This document shows positions 1-9,872 of a stretch of DNA of 31,342 nucleotides, piece after piece. Source of the DNA: Calditrichia bacterium (GTDB lineage: Bacteria > Calditrichota > Calditrichia > RBG-13-44-9 > J075); assembly GCA_050633245.1 (NCBI GenBank), contig JBOEGD010000014.1, forward strand, positions 158,516 through 189,857. The letters run 5' to 3'. The stretch's first letter is position 1, and every line of letters begins with the position of its first letter. The notes beneath the pieces were generated by a model, which was not told the DNA's origin, ran no database searches, and saw nothing but the letters and a program-made list of their open reading frames with translations. The position numbers and the translations under genes were made by a program.

Positions 1-69
1 GGTCGGTGGTCGGTGGTCGGTGGCCTGTGGTCGGTAGTTAATTCATCATTCATCAATCATAATTCATAA
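1..69. repeat. Heptamer tandem repeats (GGTCGGT)n then (ATTCATC)n
   Basis: GGTCGGT x3 plus degenerate units at 1-39; ATTCATC/AATCATA-type units at 41-69. Confidence 0.8.
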
Positions 70-110
70 ATAAAAACGTCCCACCACGAATATTCGCAGC
101 GGGACGTTTC
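70..110 (-). terminator. Rho-independent terminator of the FadL-like gene
   Basis: AAACGTCCC(74-82)...GGGACGTTT(101-109) stem followed on the minus strand by TTTTATTT, about 25 nt after the stop. Confidence 0.8.
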
Positions 111-133
111 ATTACGTTAAGATATAGTTTTGT

Positions 134-1537
134 CTAGCGAAAGTTGTAGGTCAGCCCAACTGCAAACTTATTGGTCTCTACATTTTCAAAGGCGGACTCT
201 GAAGTCAGTTCACCCTGCGATTCCTGCTCCCAACTGCCACGGCGATAGGTTATGTCCATGCGCACGTTGCGGTCTACTGCAAAGCCAAGACCCAGAGTAA
301 TGAATCGTTTATCAAACTCGGAAGGCATATCTTCACGGGGATCGGGCAGAACCGAAAATCCTACACGCAGAGCTGTTCGACCGCGCGGCGCTTTTATTTC
401 GCCACCAAAATGCATTTCGGTCGTTGCACGGTAGGTATCACGAATAATATCATTTTCCTGCTGCAGAGCAACACGATCGGAATTGGCGAGTTCAAAACCA
501 TCTACCTCAAAACGAGTCTGCGACCAGTCGCGATAACGTAACCCGGCAGAAAGGGTAAGTTGACGATTTGAAAATGAGGCACCTGCATCAAAATGAAACG
601 GTGTTTTAACATCATATTCAAATTCAGAAGCATCAAAATCTATCGCATCTTCTACGCCATCATCATAGGTAATAATGTCACCACCGGTAAATATTTCATT
701 CACGGTGTAGGTTGTAGGCAAACCAATTGTTGCACCAAGCTTCACGCCCGGAGCCAATCGCACCATTCCACCAACTTTTAAAGAAACAGCGGTATAGTCA
801 GTCTGTAAAAGCCGATTCAGCTGATAGCTCTGGAAGTCGGTGGTGTCGTTTGGCGGCGGATCGTTTACAAAAACAATGCGATCTGCAAAGTTATTGTTTA
901 CGTCATCCTGCAGAAAGCTGCTTGTATAGTCGCTGGTTCCGCTGATAACGCTGGCTGTTACACCAACAGAGGCATTCGGAGAAACCTTCATACCAAACCC
1001 CAAGCTCCACTGATCCAAACCACCTTCTTCATCAATCTGCTCGGTTTGCTGAACTTCCTGACCAGAAAAATCGAAAACCGTTCCATCGAGGTCAATTTCT
1101 AACCCATTATCTTCAGACGTATTTCCGGCTGCAAGAAATGTATTGTCCAGATCCTTTACGCGATTATAGCCAATACCGAGCACAAAACTACCTCGGCGAA
1201 CCGGCAGCGGCAAGGCAAAGCCCAGCGTGCGTAAGCGGGTATAATTTTGTGAGTTATCGCTTAGCTGCTCGGCAAAGCTTACCTCATTTTGAAAATTCAA
1301 ATGAGTTACTTCACCAAAGAATTGTGACTTTTTAACGGATGCTAAACCAGCGGGATTCCAATACAGCGCAGAATAATCGTCGGCTAATCCAACATAGGCA
1401 CCACCCATTGCTTCTGCACGGGCACCCACGCCTGTTTCATCCTGAGTAATACGAACAGCGTCTTCGGCAAACTGTGCCTGTAGAAAACCAACGCTGCATA
1501 TAAGTAGCGTAATAATAATTCGATATACGTTCATCAT
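134..1537 (-). CDS. Outer membrane beta-barrel, OmpP1/FadL/TodX family
   Basis: Signal peptide; GARAEAMGGAYVGLADDYSALYWNPAGL family motif; amphipathic strands; C-terminal YNFR. Confidence 0.85.
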   Translation of the reverse strand: MMNVYRIIITLLICSVGFLQAQFAEDAVRITQDETGVGARAEAMGGAYVGLADDYSALYWNPAGLASVKKSQFFGEVTHLNFQNEVSFAEQLSDNSQNYTRLRTLGFALPLPVRRGSFVLGIGYNRVKDLDNTFLAAGNTSEDNGLEIDLDGTVFDFSGQEVQQTEQIDEEGGLDQWSLGFGMKVSPNASVGVTASVISGTSDYTSSFLQDDVNNNFADRIVFVNDPPPNDTTDFQSYQLNRLLQTDYTAVSLKVGGMVRLAPGVKLGATIGLPTTYTVNEIFTGGDIITYDDGVEDAIDFDASEFEYDVKTPFHFDAGASFSNRQLTLSAGLRYRDWSQTRFEVDGFELANSDRVALQQENDIIRDTYRATTEMHFGGEIKAPRGRTALRVGFSVLPDPREDMPSEFDKRFITLGLGFAVDRNVRMDITYRRGSWEQESQGELTSESAFENVETNKFAVGLTYNFR

Positions 1538-1616
1538 AGCAATCCACTACAAACCCGGAGGTCTGTCAGCGGCTCCTTTCTCATGCTTCATTCCATAATC
1601 CTGATTAGTTTGACGC

Positions 1617-3410
1617 TTAGCGACTACGGCCACGGGAACGGGATGAGGAGCTGCTACGCCCGCTATCGCTGCTCTTCGAGGATGACTTGGACGAGGAGCG
1701 AGCACTGCTGCTACTCTTCTTCGAAGACGATCCGGATGACGAGCGAGCACTGCTCCGGGACGAAGATCGTGCCGGTGGGCTGGCCTTGCGGCTACCGCTG
1801 CTCTTGCGATTACTGCTGGGCTTATAGCTTTTTTTATCGCTCGAACGCGTAGTTTTGCGTTTGGAGCGTGTTGATTTTTTACTTTCATCCGAGCTGGAGC
1901 GCTTTGGCTTAGCTCTTTCCCTTGACGAGCGGTCACTTCGCGTACTGCGTGTGCGATCGACACTGCGATCGCTTGATCGTCTTTCACTCCTGCGAGTTTC
2001 AGAGCGACGCTTATTTCCTTCTGAGGAACGGGAGCGCTTTACCTCACGACGAGGTCGTTGCTTTTTAACCCGCTTCACATCCCGAGTATTTCTTTTGGTA
2101 CCTTCTTCAACCGAGCGGCTTCGTCGACGGCGATCGACTCTGCTACGGCCTTCATCTGCACGATCTACCTCTGTTCCACGGCGCGGGCTTCGCACATCAT
2201 CACCATTAGAACGAGTTCTTCTTTCACCACGAGTGCGAGTTCTGCGGCTTCGTCCCTCTTCGGCACTTGAACGACCCTCACCGCGAGCTGCAGGGCGAGC
2301 ACGACGCGTTCTACCTTCTTCGGCAGAAGAACCGCCTTCGCCACGAACGGCTGGCCGACCACGACGGGTAGAGCCACCTTCATTTGCGCTGGAACCACCT
2401 TCGCCACGCACAACGGTGCGGCCGCCCCGACCTTCTCGAGCAGAACTTCCGGTGTCACCCGTAGCACGTGGGGTAGCGTTTCCTACGGAACCAGAGTTGC
2501 CATTATTGCGCACAACCCGTCCGGCTGATCCGCGTGCTCTGCCGGTGTCAGTATTTCCTGATCCGACGACACTACTGCTACCGCTTCCATTGTTGCGCAC
2601 AACCCGTCCGGTATGATTTCCACGGTTTCCAGAACCACTAATTGCGCTGCTACTTCCATTGCGGCCACCGTTTCGAACTGCGGTACGACCGCCACGACGT
2701 CCCCAATTGCGACGTTCGACAGAAACTGACGCATATCCGCTACGACGACCAGAGTTTCCGTAATAATATCGGTGATGATAATAATAAGGACTGTAGCCAT
2801 AGTAGCCATAATGATGACTATAGTAAGGTCTGTAATAATAAGATGGACAATAAGTTACGTAGGGATAATAATCGTACCAATAATCATAGTAAGGACTATA
2901 TGGGTAGAAGTATGAATGTGAACGACGCCAGTTATAGCGTGAGCTTAAATAATGCGGATAGCGAAATGAAGGCGTTCCAATAAAGATGTTGATATAATCT
3001 TCATCATAGTCATCTGAGTAGTAATGATCGTACTCCAACTCTGCCGGACCATCATCATAGTAATATTCGCGATTTACGTAACGATTGGGATCGCTATCGT
3101 AATACACTTCGTAATCAAGTGAATCGTCATAAGACGAATCATAATCAACCGAATCATAAGCTACGTCATAATTGTCTGCCGGAGATGCGTAAGGAGATCG
3201 ATAGGCAATATCGGAATCTGCTTCTTCATCGGAAGCAGGGGGATAATAATAGCGATCATCATCACTATTGCTTGCTTCATCCCGCTCGTACCCACCACGC
3301 TCTACCCGATCCTCGTCCGGCACACCAAGCTGTGTATAGCAAGACTGAAACAAAAATGCTGAGGCTACCACCATAGCGCTCATCAATACAGTATTTAAAT
3401 TTTTCATCAT
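1617..3410 (-). CDS. Lipoprotein with Asp/Tyr-rich, Tyr/His-rich and Arg/Ser/Lys-rich low-complexity blocks
   Basis: Lipobox FQSC after a hydrophobic signal; upstream RBS GGAAAGG; long ORF upstream of the FadL-like gene. Confidence 0.75.
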   Translation of the reverse strand: MMKNLNTVLMSAMVVASAFLFQSCYTQLGVPDEDRVERGGYERDEASNSDDDRYYYPPASDEEADSDIAYRSPYASPADNYDVAYDSVDYDSSYDDSLDYEVYYDSDPNRYVNREYYYDDGPAELEYDHYYSDDYDEDYINIFIGTPSFRYPHYLSSRYNWRRSHSYFYPYSPYYDYWYDYYPYVTYCPSYYYRPYYSHHYGYYGYSPYYYHHRYYYGNSGRRSGYASVSVERRNWGRRGGRTAVRNGGRNGSSSAISGSGNRGNHTGRVVRNNGSGSSSVVGSGNTDTGRARGSAGRVVRNNGNSGSVGNATPRATGDTGSSAREGRGGRTVVRGEGGSSANEGGSTRRGRPAVRGEGGSSAEEGRTRRARPAARGEGRSSAEEGRSRRTRTRGERRTRSNGDDVRSPRRGTEVDRADEGRSRVDRRRRSRSVEEGTKRNTRDVKRVKKQRPRREVKRSRSSEGNKRRSETRRSERRSSDRSVDRTRSTRSDRSSRERAKPKRSSSDESKKSTRSKRKTTRSSDKKSYKPSSNRKSSGSRKASPPARSSSRSSARSSSGSSSKKSSSSARSSSKSSSKSSDSGRSSSSSRSRGRSR

Positions 3411-3446
3411 AGACCTTTCCCTAAATTTCCATCTATCCTATCGTGG

Positions 3447-3463
3447 TTCAAAAATGGTACCAG
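3447..3463 (-). promoter_or_regulatory. Putative sigma-54 (-24/-12) promoter
   Basis: Minus strand CTGGTACCATTTTTGAA = GG-N10-GA, about 37 nt upstream of the lipoprotein start. Confidence 0.6.
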
Positions 3464-3561
3464 CTTTTTCACGAGCAACCAAAAAAGAACCCAAGTCCAT
3501 CTTTATCAACAACTTAAAAAATCTACCGAAAACATAGTTCAGCATAATACTCAATTTTTCC

Positions 3562-3602
3562 TGCTAACAAAGTTAACAAAAAAAATGTTAACTTTGTTTA
3601 TA
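3562..3602. promoter_or_regulatory. Tandem palindromic sites, putative bEBP enhancer (UAS)
   Basis: TGCTAAC-AAA-GTTAACA (3562-3578) and TGTTAAC-TTT-GTTTATA (3586-3602), about 100-140 bp upstream of the -24 element. Confidence 0.5.
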
Positions 3603-5060
3603 GTTTGAAGCATCAATACCAAAGCGCTGCATTTTTTTATGAAGTCCCAGGCGACTTAAGCCCAATTTTTCAGCGGCACGACTAATATTGCCCTTCATCG
3701 CACCCAACGTGCGTATGATATAGACACTTTCCAATTCATCAACAATTTCTTTTAAACTGCGCTCATCATTTTCATCGGGCATCGTCGGAATAACCGGTGC
3801 TTTTGAGCGCGTCAAACCATCAATGAGCAACAAATCAGGCGTTACATTACCATCATCATCTGTCAGCGTTACCGCACGTTCCATAATGTTTTCCAGCTGT
3901 CTTACATTGCCCGGAAAATCCAGCGTCATTAATTCAGACACGGTTGCGGGGGCAAGAGTTACATTTGTTTTACCCAGCTTGCGTGCATATTTCTCCATAA
4001 AAAAATTCGCCAGCAGTGAAATGTCTTCTCTGCGCTCTCGTAAAGGGGGAATACGAATGGGAAAAACGTTCAATCTGTAGTAAAGATCTTCGCGAAACTT
4101 GCCCGCCTTTATCTCCTCTTCCAGATCCCGGTTTGCTGCCGAGACGATTCGCACATCGACATTCATTGTTTTTTCCGAACCTACCGGAGTAATTTCACCT
4201 TCTTGCAGCACGCGCAGCAATCGCTGCTGCATCGCCAGCGATGTATCTGCAACTTCATCCAGAAACACAGTACCACCGTCAGCTATTTCAAAGATCCCTT
4301 TTTTGTCTGCCGATGCACCGGTAAACGCGCCTTTTACGTGGCCAAACAGCTGACTTTCAAGTAGTGTTTCGGGCAGTGCCCCACAGTTTTGCGCCATAAA
4401 CACTTTATTCTGACGCGGGCCGTTATAATGAATCGAGCGTGCAATCAGCTCTTTTCCTGTTCCGGTTTCTCCCATCAACATCACCGTTATCGGTGTAGGA
4501 ATGGCCTTTTTCAGAAGCGTAAATACGCGATTGATGGCGGGACTGTCACCAATTATATTTTCAAACGAATAATTCTTTTCAACTTCTTTATGGAGGATGG
4601 TATTTTCTTCGGTAAGGCGCTTATTGGCATCTGCAAGCTCTTCCAATAGATGTGCATTTTCGCTCATCAGTCGATACTGATCGGCTGCCCGATGAACAAT
4701 AAGGCTCAGCTCATCGGGTTCCCATGGCTTGTGTACATAGTAAAAAATCTGCCCTTCATTTATCGCATGGATCATTGCCTCGGCATCGGAATATCCGGTA
4801 ATCAGGATGCGCATTGCAGCCGGTTGCCGCTCGATCGCTTTTTTGAAGAATTCCACGCCGGTCATTTCCGGCATACGCTGATCTGCCAGTATAACGGCAA
4901 ACTCATTCGTTCGCATCGCTTCAAGAGCGGCATGTCCATTTTTCGCCAGGGTGATATTAAAATCGCGGCGCAGTGTCCGCTTTATGGCATTCAGGCTAGA
5001 CTGCTCATCATCAACGGCAAGAAGATTTGGTAACATCTGTTCACTCATGGGTAAGGGCAT
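3588..5060 (-). CDS. Sigma-54-dependent response regulator (NtrC/AtoC family; REC-AAA+-Fis HTH)
   Basis: REC (VDDE, ADQRMP, KPW); Walker A GETGTGKE; GAFTGA; FLDEV; C-terminal HTH. Confidence 0.95.
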   Translation of the reverse strand: MPLPMSEQMLPNLLAVDDEQSSLNAIKRTLRRDFNITLAKNGHAALEAMRTNEFAVILADQRMPEMTGVEFFKKAIERQPAAMRILITGYSDAEAMIHAINEGQIFYYVHKPWEPDELSLIVHRAADQYRLMSENAHLLEELADANKRLTEENTILHKEVEKNYSFENIIGDSPAINRVFTLLKKAIPTPITVMLMGETGTGKELIARSIHYNGPRQNKVFMAQNCGALPETLLESQLFGHVKGAFTGASADKKGIFEIADGGTVFLDEVADTSLAMQQRLLRVLQEGEITPVGSEKTMNVDVRIVSAANRDLEEEIKAGKFREDLYYRLNVFPIRIPPLRERREDISLLANFFMEKYARKLGKTNVTLAPATVSELMTLDFPGNVRQLENIMERAVTLTDDDGNVTPDLLLIDGLTRSKAPVIPTMPDENDERSLKEIVDELESVYIIRTLGAMKGNISRAAEKLGLSRLGLHKKMQRFGIDASNYKQS

Positions 5061-5079
5061 CTCTGTCTATTTGTTAAAC

Positions 5080-5107
5080 ATCGGGAATCGGGCATCGGGA
5101 ATCGGGC
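5080..5107. repeat. Heptamer tandem repeat (ATCGGGA/C)x4
   Basis: ATCGGGA ATCGGGC ATCGGGA ATCGGGC. Confidence 0.85.
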
Positions 5108-5213
5108 AGATTTATTTTGCCTTAAGCTGGTGCTCTGAATAAATTCCGATCATCAATCATCAATTCAATATAGTCTCCGGAGCCATAAATGTCCAGCAGC
5201 GTATCGTGATGCG

Positions 5214-8200
5214 CTATTGATCTGTAGATGTTCCCAGCGGCAGAGAAACGATAAATTCTGTACCTTTTCCGATCTCGCTTTCTACAGCAATTTTGCCACC
5301 ATGTGAGGTAACAATATTATACGAAATGCTTAACCCAAGACCAGTGCCCTCTCCCACATCTTTTGTGGTGAAAAATGGATCAAATATTTTGCTGCGAATA
5401 TCTTCCGGTATGCCTTTGCCGTTATCACGAACATGAATCTGCACCTTATCGCCTACAACTTCAGTGCGCACCCAAATATCTCCTTTTCCACTGATTGCCT
5501 GTCCGGCATTAATCAACAGATTCATAAATACTTGATTAATCTGTCCGGGATTGCAGTAAACCGGAGGAATTTGCCCGTAGCCGCGGTGCACTTCAATGCG
5601 ATTCTTAAATTCATTGCTTAGCAATTTAAGGCTGGAATCAAGCCCTTCGTGCAGATTGACGGTTTTGAATTCTGCCTCATCAAGCCGCGAAAAGTTTCGC
5701 AGGTTGAGCACCAAATCTTTTACACGCTGACTGCCTTCAAGAGACTCATCAATCAATTCATCAATATCTTTACGGATGTATTTCAAATCATAGCTTTTAT
5801 CCAATTCATCGAGCTTCAATCTCAGCTTTTCCGGAAGGTGCTCATGCTGATCTTCTCCCAGCTCGGCCAAAACGGCATTGATGCCTTCAACATAGGTCTC
5901 AAGCTGCTTCATGTTTGCATAAATAAAGCTGATTGGATTATTCAATTCGTGGGCAATACCGGCGACAAGTTGTCCGAGGCTCCCCATCTTCTCACTTTGA
6001 ATCAGCTGAGACTGGGTATTTTTCAGTTCCTTGTACAGGGTTTCAAGGCTGGTATTCTTGTCCTCCAGTTCCGACACATATTTTTCGCGCAGGTCGGCTT
6101 CAGTAAGCCGTTGAATAAGCGCCTTACTTTCTTCGATATATTTATTGTTGTCAATCGCAATCGCGGCCTGGCGGCCTAGAATTTCCAGCAGCTCCAAATC
6201 TCCGGCAGGAAAATCCCCTTTCCCCGAGCGCGGTCCCAACACCAGCAATGCCGCCAGCTCATCCTTGCTCATCAGCGGAATCATCAGTTGTGTCTGCTTG
6301 CGAAACAGTTCGGGAAAATTTTGCTTAATCTCTCCTTCTAACAGGTAGGCACTTTTGCCGAGCAGAGCAGAATCAGAAGCATTTCGTGAAAGGCTCTCCG
6401 GCAACATCTGTGCGCTACCGGCGCTGCTATGCTGCAGTAATACTTCATCTTCAGCGCGATAAAGCCTGGCAAAGGTAACGCCGAGCGCATCGCGCACCGT
6501 TGTCACCAGCTTCTCATACAGTTCATCATTACTTTTGATAAAAATGACCTGCTCCGAAAATCCCTTAAGCACTTTACGATATCCAAAACGCTGTATTTCC
6601 AGACGGCGAATTTGCTCCATAAATACTACTGTCACCCCCATTACAAGCAGGGCTGCACCAATTTGCCATAGTAACAGCGTGGTAAATGAGCTTCGCAGGA
6701 AAAGCAGAGAAAGCAAATAAAGCGTAGACAGAAGCACCAAAAAGAACAGCAGAGTCTGGCGGTTTTGCCAATTATAGCGTCGAAAAGCAACTCGCAAAAA
6801 TCCCGTAATCAGTGCGATTAATAGCAATACCATAGCTGAGTTACGCAAAAAAGATTTCCCGGCTATTAGTCGCTGGAACCATTTCCTACCGCGCACGCTC
6901 AGCTTGCCAATCCCGGAGGCTTCCGAAAAACTATATCGTTTACCGGCTCTAAGATTTGACAGTTTTTTTTCGCGTCCGGAAGGAAAGAGGATGTGCGCTC
7001 GATAGGCCACATCCGGCGCAACACCAAAATGCAGAGCAGCTTCCCCTATAGAGAGATAGCCCGCCCCACCGCTCATCTCGCGATATGCAAGCGTATCAGA
7101 CCGCTCATTCAACAGCCAAACCTTAGTCCCAAACGCATCGCGATTGCTCTGCACACCTTCAAGATTTATGCGGATCGAATTATTGTCATTCAGCGGGTTG
7201 ATATAAAAAACGCTCTGGGTATCTTTGCAGGCGACAAATAGATCGAGATCGCCATCCAAATCATAATCAGCTGCGGCAACACCAGTACTATAGGAACGAC
7301 TCCGCGCATTGGGTCTTATCGCTTCTTCCCAAGCTAACTCAAAAAACCCGCTGTCGCTTCCGAGAAAAAACTGGTTGGGTCCAATATTGGTAAAAAAAAC
7401 ATCCTGCCAGCCATCATTATTTAAGTCTGCCACCAGAGTTCCATAGGAAGGGTAAGGATTTTCGAGTCCACTCGATTCCGTAATATCGCTAAAATTCCAG
7501 TCTTTGCCGTCGCAATTATTTTCATAAAGTCTTGAATAACCGGATCGCTCGGAAACCAGAATGTCCATGTCTCCATCATTATCGATATCGGCAGCGGAGA
7601 CGCCATTGCTGCTCAAGGACGTTTGGAGATGTAAAAGCCCCAGGTTCATAGCCTCAAAATGGTTTCCGCCGACATTGCGATATAAAATATCAGGTGTAAA
7701 CCAATTGCATACGTAAAGATCGGGATAGCCATCACCATCAAAATCGCTGAATGTCGCGCCCTGACTCTGTGAAACGCCACTAATTCCGTAGCTCTCATCT
7801 GCCTTGTCGAACAGGCCATTGCCATTGTTCAATAGCAGATGGTTGGCGGCATGTTCATCAGTGATAAATAAATCGAGGTCGCCATCAAGATCAATGTCTG
7901 CCCAGACGCCACCGTTTCCGCTTAGCGGAGTAAGAAAATCTGTTAAGCGAGCATTGTCGCGGAACACCATATCGTCTACCTGTTGATATAAACGAGTAGT
8001 TTTCCCCCATCCGACCGTCAACACATCCGGCAGACCATCGTTGTTGGCATCTGCGATAGAAGCTCCCAGCTCGAGGTTGGTTTGTCCCAACGGCATAAGC
8101 TCCCCACCTAAGCCAGTGTCTATCGTATAATCCTGAAATCCGGCCGGGGTGTTTAACAACAGACGATTAATTTCGCGAAAGCGCACCACAAACAGATCGG

Positions 8201-8450
8201 GCAGCGAATCGTCATTTACGTCCCTAAAAGCAACGCCATAGCAATCAGCGAGCTGCGGGAAGGTTGAGTTCTCGCGTGTTTGTCGGAACATTTCATCTGC
8301 CCAACTATTATTATCCGAATTTTGAGGGAAAAGTGGCAGAGCTATAAACAGAGTAAAAACAAATGGGTATAGACATCTGTTCCGGAACGGAAATTTGAAG
8401 AAAAGCTGCAAATGGGTCAACAGATTTAGCAAGCGCGGAGTCTCGTTCAT
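5214..8450 (-). CDS. Sensor histidine kinase with extracytoplasmic FG-GAP/CRTAC1-like and ASPIC-UnbV domains, about 3 TM helices, GAF, HisKA, HATPase
   Basis: Repeated D-x-D/N-x-D-G-x-x-D-L motifs; SNRDAFGTKV...GGAGYLS...LHFG (ASPIC/UnbV-like); H-box AHELNNP; N, G1, F and G2 boxes. Confidence 0.9.
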   Translation of the reverse strand: MNETPRLLNLLTHLQLFFKFPFRNRCLYPFVFTLFIALPLFPQNSDNNSWADEMFRQTRENSTFPQLADCYGVAFRDVNDDSLPDLFVVRFREINRLLLNTPAGFQDYTIDTGLGGELMPLGQTNLELGASIADANNDGLPDVLTVGWGKTTRLYQQVDDMVFRDNARLTDFLTPLSGNGGVWADIDLDGDLDLFITDEHAANHLLLNNGNGLFDKADESYGISGVSQSQGATFSDFDGDGYPDLYVCNWFTPDILYRNVGGNHFEAMNLGLLHLQTSLSSNGVSAADIDNDGDMDILVSERSGYSRLYENNCDGKDWNFSDITESSGLENPYPSYGTLVADLNNDGWQDVFFTNIGPNQFFLGSDSGFFELAWEEAIRPNARSRSYSTGVAAADYDLDGDLDLFVACKDTQSVFYINPLNDNNSIRINLEGVQSNRDAFGTKVWLLNERSDTLAYREMSGGAGYLSIGEAALHFGVAPDVAYRAHILFPSGREKKLSNLRAGKRYSFSEASGIGKLSVRGRKWFQRLIAGKSFLRNSAMVLLLIALITGFLRVAFRRYNWQNRQTLLFFLVLLSTLYLLSLLFLRSSFTTLLLWQIGAALLVMGVTVVFMEQIRRLEIQRFGYRKVLKGFSEQVIFIKSNDELYEKLVTTVRDALGVTFARLYRAEDEVLLQHSSAGSAQMLPESLSRNASDSALLGKSAYLLEGEIKQNFPELFRKQTQLMIPLMSKDELAALLVLGPRSGKGDFPAGDLELLEILGRQAAIAIDNNKYIEESKALIQRLTEADLREKYVSELEDKNTSLETLYKELKNTQSQLIQSEKMGSLGQLVAGIAHELNNPISFIYANMKQLETYVEGINAVLAELGEDQHEHLPEKLRLKLDELDKSYDLKYIRKDIDELIDESLEGSQRVKDLVLNLRNFSRLDEAEFKTVNLHEGLDSSLKLLSNEFKNRIEVHRGYGQIPPVYCNPGQINQVFMNLLINAGQAISGKGDIWVRTEVVGDKVQIHVRDNGKGIPEDIRSKIFDPFFTTKDVGEGTGLGLSISYNIVTSHGGKIAVESEIGKGTEFIVSLPLGTSTDQ

Positions 8451-8522
8451 TAGTCGATAACTTGAGCAATATAGAGCTGGGGTATGATGGATTCAAGGAC
8501 TATCTGGGTAGGCGTAGTCAAA

Positions 8523-8551
8523 CTCTGCCGTGCAGCATTGCAGCGGCAGAG
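8523..8551. terminator. Hairpin, probable terminator of the small upstream gene
   Basis: CTCTGCCG-TGCA-GCAT-TGCA-G-CGGCAGAG inverted repeat. Confidence 0.45.
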
Positions 8552-8566
8552 CGATAAAAACACGGA

Positions 8567-8821
8567 CTAATTTATTGCTTCAGTAAATGGGCGAAGTCCC
8601 CAGGTAAATTGGCTGGTATCAAATTGAATCTGAAAATTATTATTATCAGACTGAACAATAAAATTATGTAGTGGATTACCGTTTTCTTCTTCAATCCACT
8701 TCTTATGAATTCGCTTGACCGGATAAACGCGGCCATTCATGCGGAACTTGATCGGATCAATTTTACCATCTTCGAAAAACGTCAGCACATCGATCTTTTT
8801 CAACATTACTTTCAACGACAT
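8567..8821 (-). CDS. Small beta-rich hypothetical protein (DUF6504-like pattern)
   Basis: GGAGG RBS before ATG 8821; P-x-x-F-x-x-x-G-R-x-Y-x-V...W...F-x-V...W-x-L pattern; family call from memory only. Confidence 0.55.
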   Translation of the reverse strand: MSLKVMLKKIDVLTFFEDGKIDPIKFRMNGRVYPVKRIHKKWIEEENGNPLHNFIVQSDNNNFQIQFDTSQFTWGLRPFTEAIN

Positions 8822-9258
8822 TCTTACCTCCAAAAGTTTCGATCAGCAAATTCTATCTGATCGTTTGTCAACGGTTCGTACCGCCGAGAGAACACGTGAA
8901 CAAAAATCCACCAACAGAATAACACATGGTGACGTGATTGTCAACAAAAATGTTGCTACATCTTCAGAAAAAATACATCGGGTACAGTTTACAGGCTTTT
9001 TCTAAAACGTTGTGTTTTAATTCTACCTGTCAGAGCAGTGAGATGTTCCCTCCATGAACAATGCGGCAAACCAACATTCTATCATTCGGTTTTACAGTAG
9101 TTTATCCCAAGGGGTTTTTGTGGAAATAATTGCACACAGGCGAGAATATAGCACAAAGAACCCTATATTCTGCTTTGATCTACGTCAACAATTGGCAAGA
9201 AGGTTTCGGAAAAAGATGAAATACTGCACAAACCGGGCAGTCTGTGCAGCAATAAAAG

Positions 9259-9834
9259 TCAGCCTTCCATTAATGAGGAATCGGCAGAAACTTCAGGCTT
9301 CATTTCCATTGGCGGTTCGGCCTCAATAAGCGCCTTCAGCTTGTCGTAATCGGCCTGTTGACGCTCAACAATAGACGATTTACTAAGGGCCATAAGCCCC
9401 TTCATAAACATGCCTTTCCCCTCTGTTTTACTAACGCTGATCACCTCGCATTGCTGATCGCCCAGAGAGTTGAATCGAATATCTGTTTCGTTATACATCA
9501 TTTCGTGATCGATGGTAAAGGCCATCCGCTCGTTTGGAACGTACGCAGTCACCTTCTCTTCGACAATCGTTTCCCGGCCATCCTCATTAAAGTAAAGACG
9601 ATAGGTATTACCCACGGCTTCTGTTTCTGCTCCATCAACAAATTCAATTTTTTCCAGACCGGTGATCCATTCGGTAAGCTTATCCTCTGCGGCAAAAACG
9701 CCCCAAGCCTGCTCAACAGATCGGTCTACCGTCACTCTTGTCTCCACCGTAAATGGGCTGTTCATGCTGCCATAAACGACTAAAGCGATAGCAAGAAATG
9801 CCACGACAGCCAAAAGAATCTTTAAAATTTTCAT
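9259..9834 (-). CDS. SRPBCC (START/Bet v1) family protein with N-terminal membrane anchor
   Basis: V-x-V-D-R-S-V-E-Q-A-W...W-I-x-G; E-x-V-T-x-Y-x-P-x-x-R; C-terminal DYDKLKALIE helix; AGGAG RBS. Confidence 0.85.
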   Translation of the reverse strand: MKILKILLAVVAFLAIALVVYGSMNSPFTVETRVTVDRSVEQAWGVFAAEDKLTEWITGLEKIEFVDGAETEAVGNTYRLYFNEDGRETIVEEKVTAYVPNERMAFTIDHEMMYNETDIRFNSLGDQQCEVISVSKTEGKGMFMKGLMALSKSSIVERQQADYDKLKALIEAEPPMEMKPEVSADSSLMEG

Positions 9835-9872
9835 GTGCTACTCCTTTGTGGTTATCCACGTAATAGTTGCAA

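Noticed and set aside
1547-2983. Overlapping ORFs (1547-1987, 1855-2616, 2165-2467 and others)
   Set aside because: Shadow frames of the low-complexity lipoprotein gene
3566-3598. Inverted repeat as terminator of the response regulator
   Set aside because: AT-rich, overlaps the stop codon, and each arm lies within its own palindrome; better read as protein-binding sites
8874-8901. LexA/SOS box (GTTC/GAAC motifs; similar motifs near 24750)
   Set aside because: Spacing and orientation do not match a LexA consensus I can name
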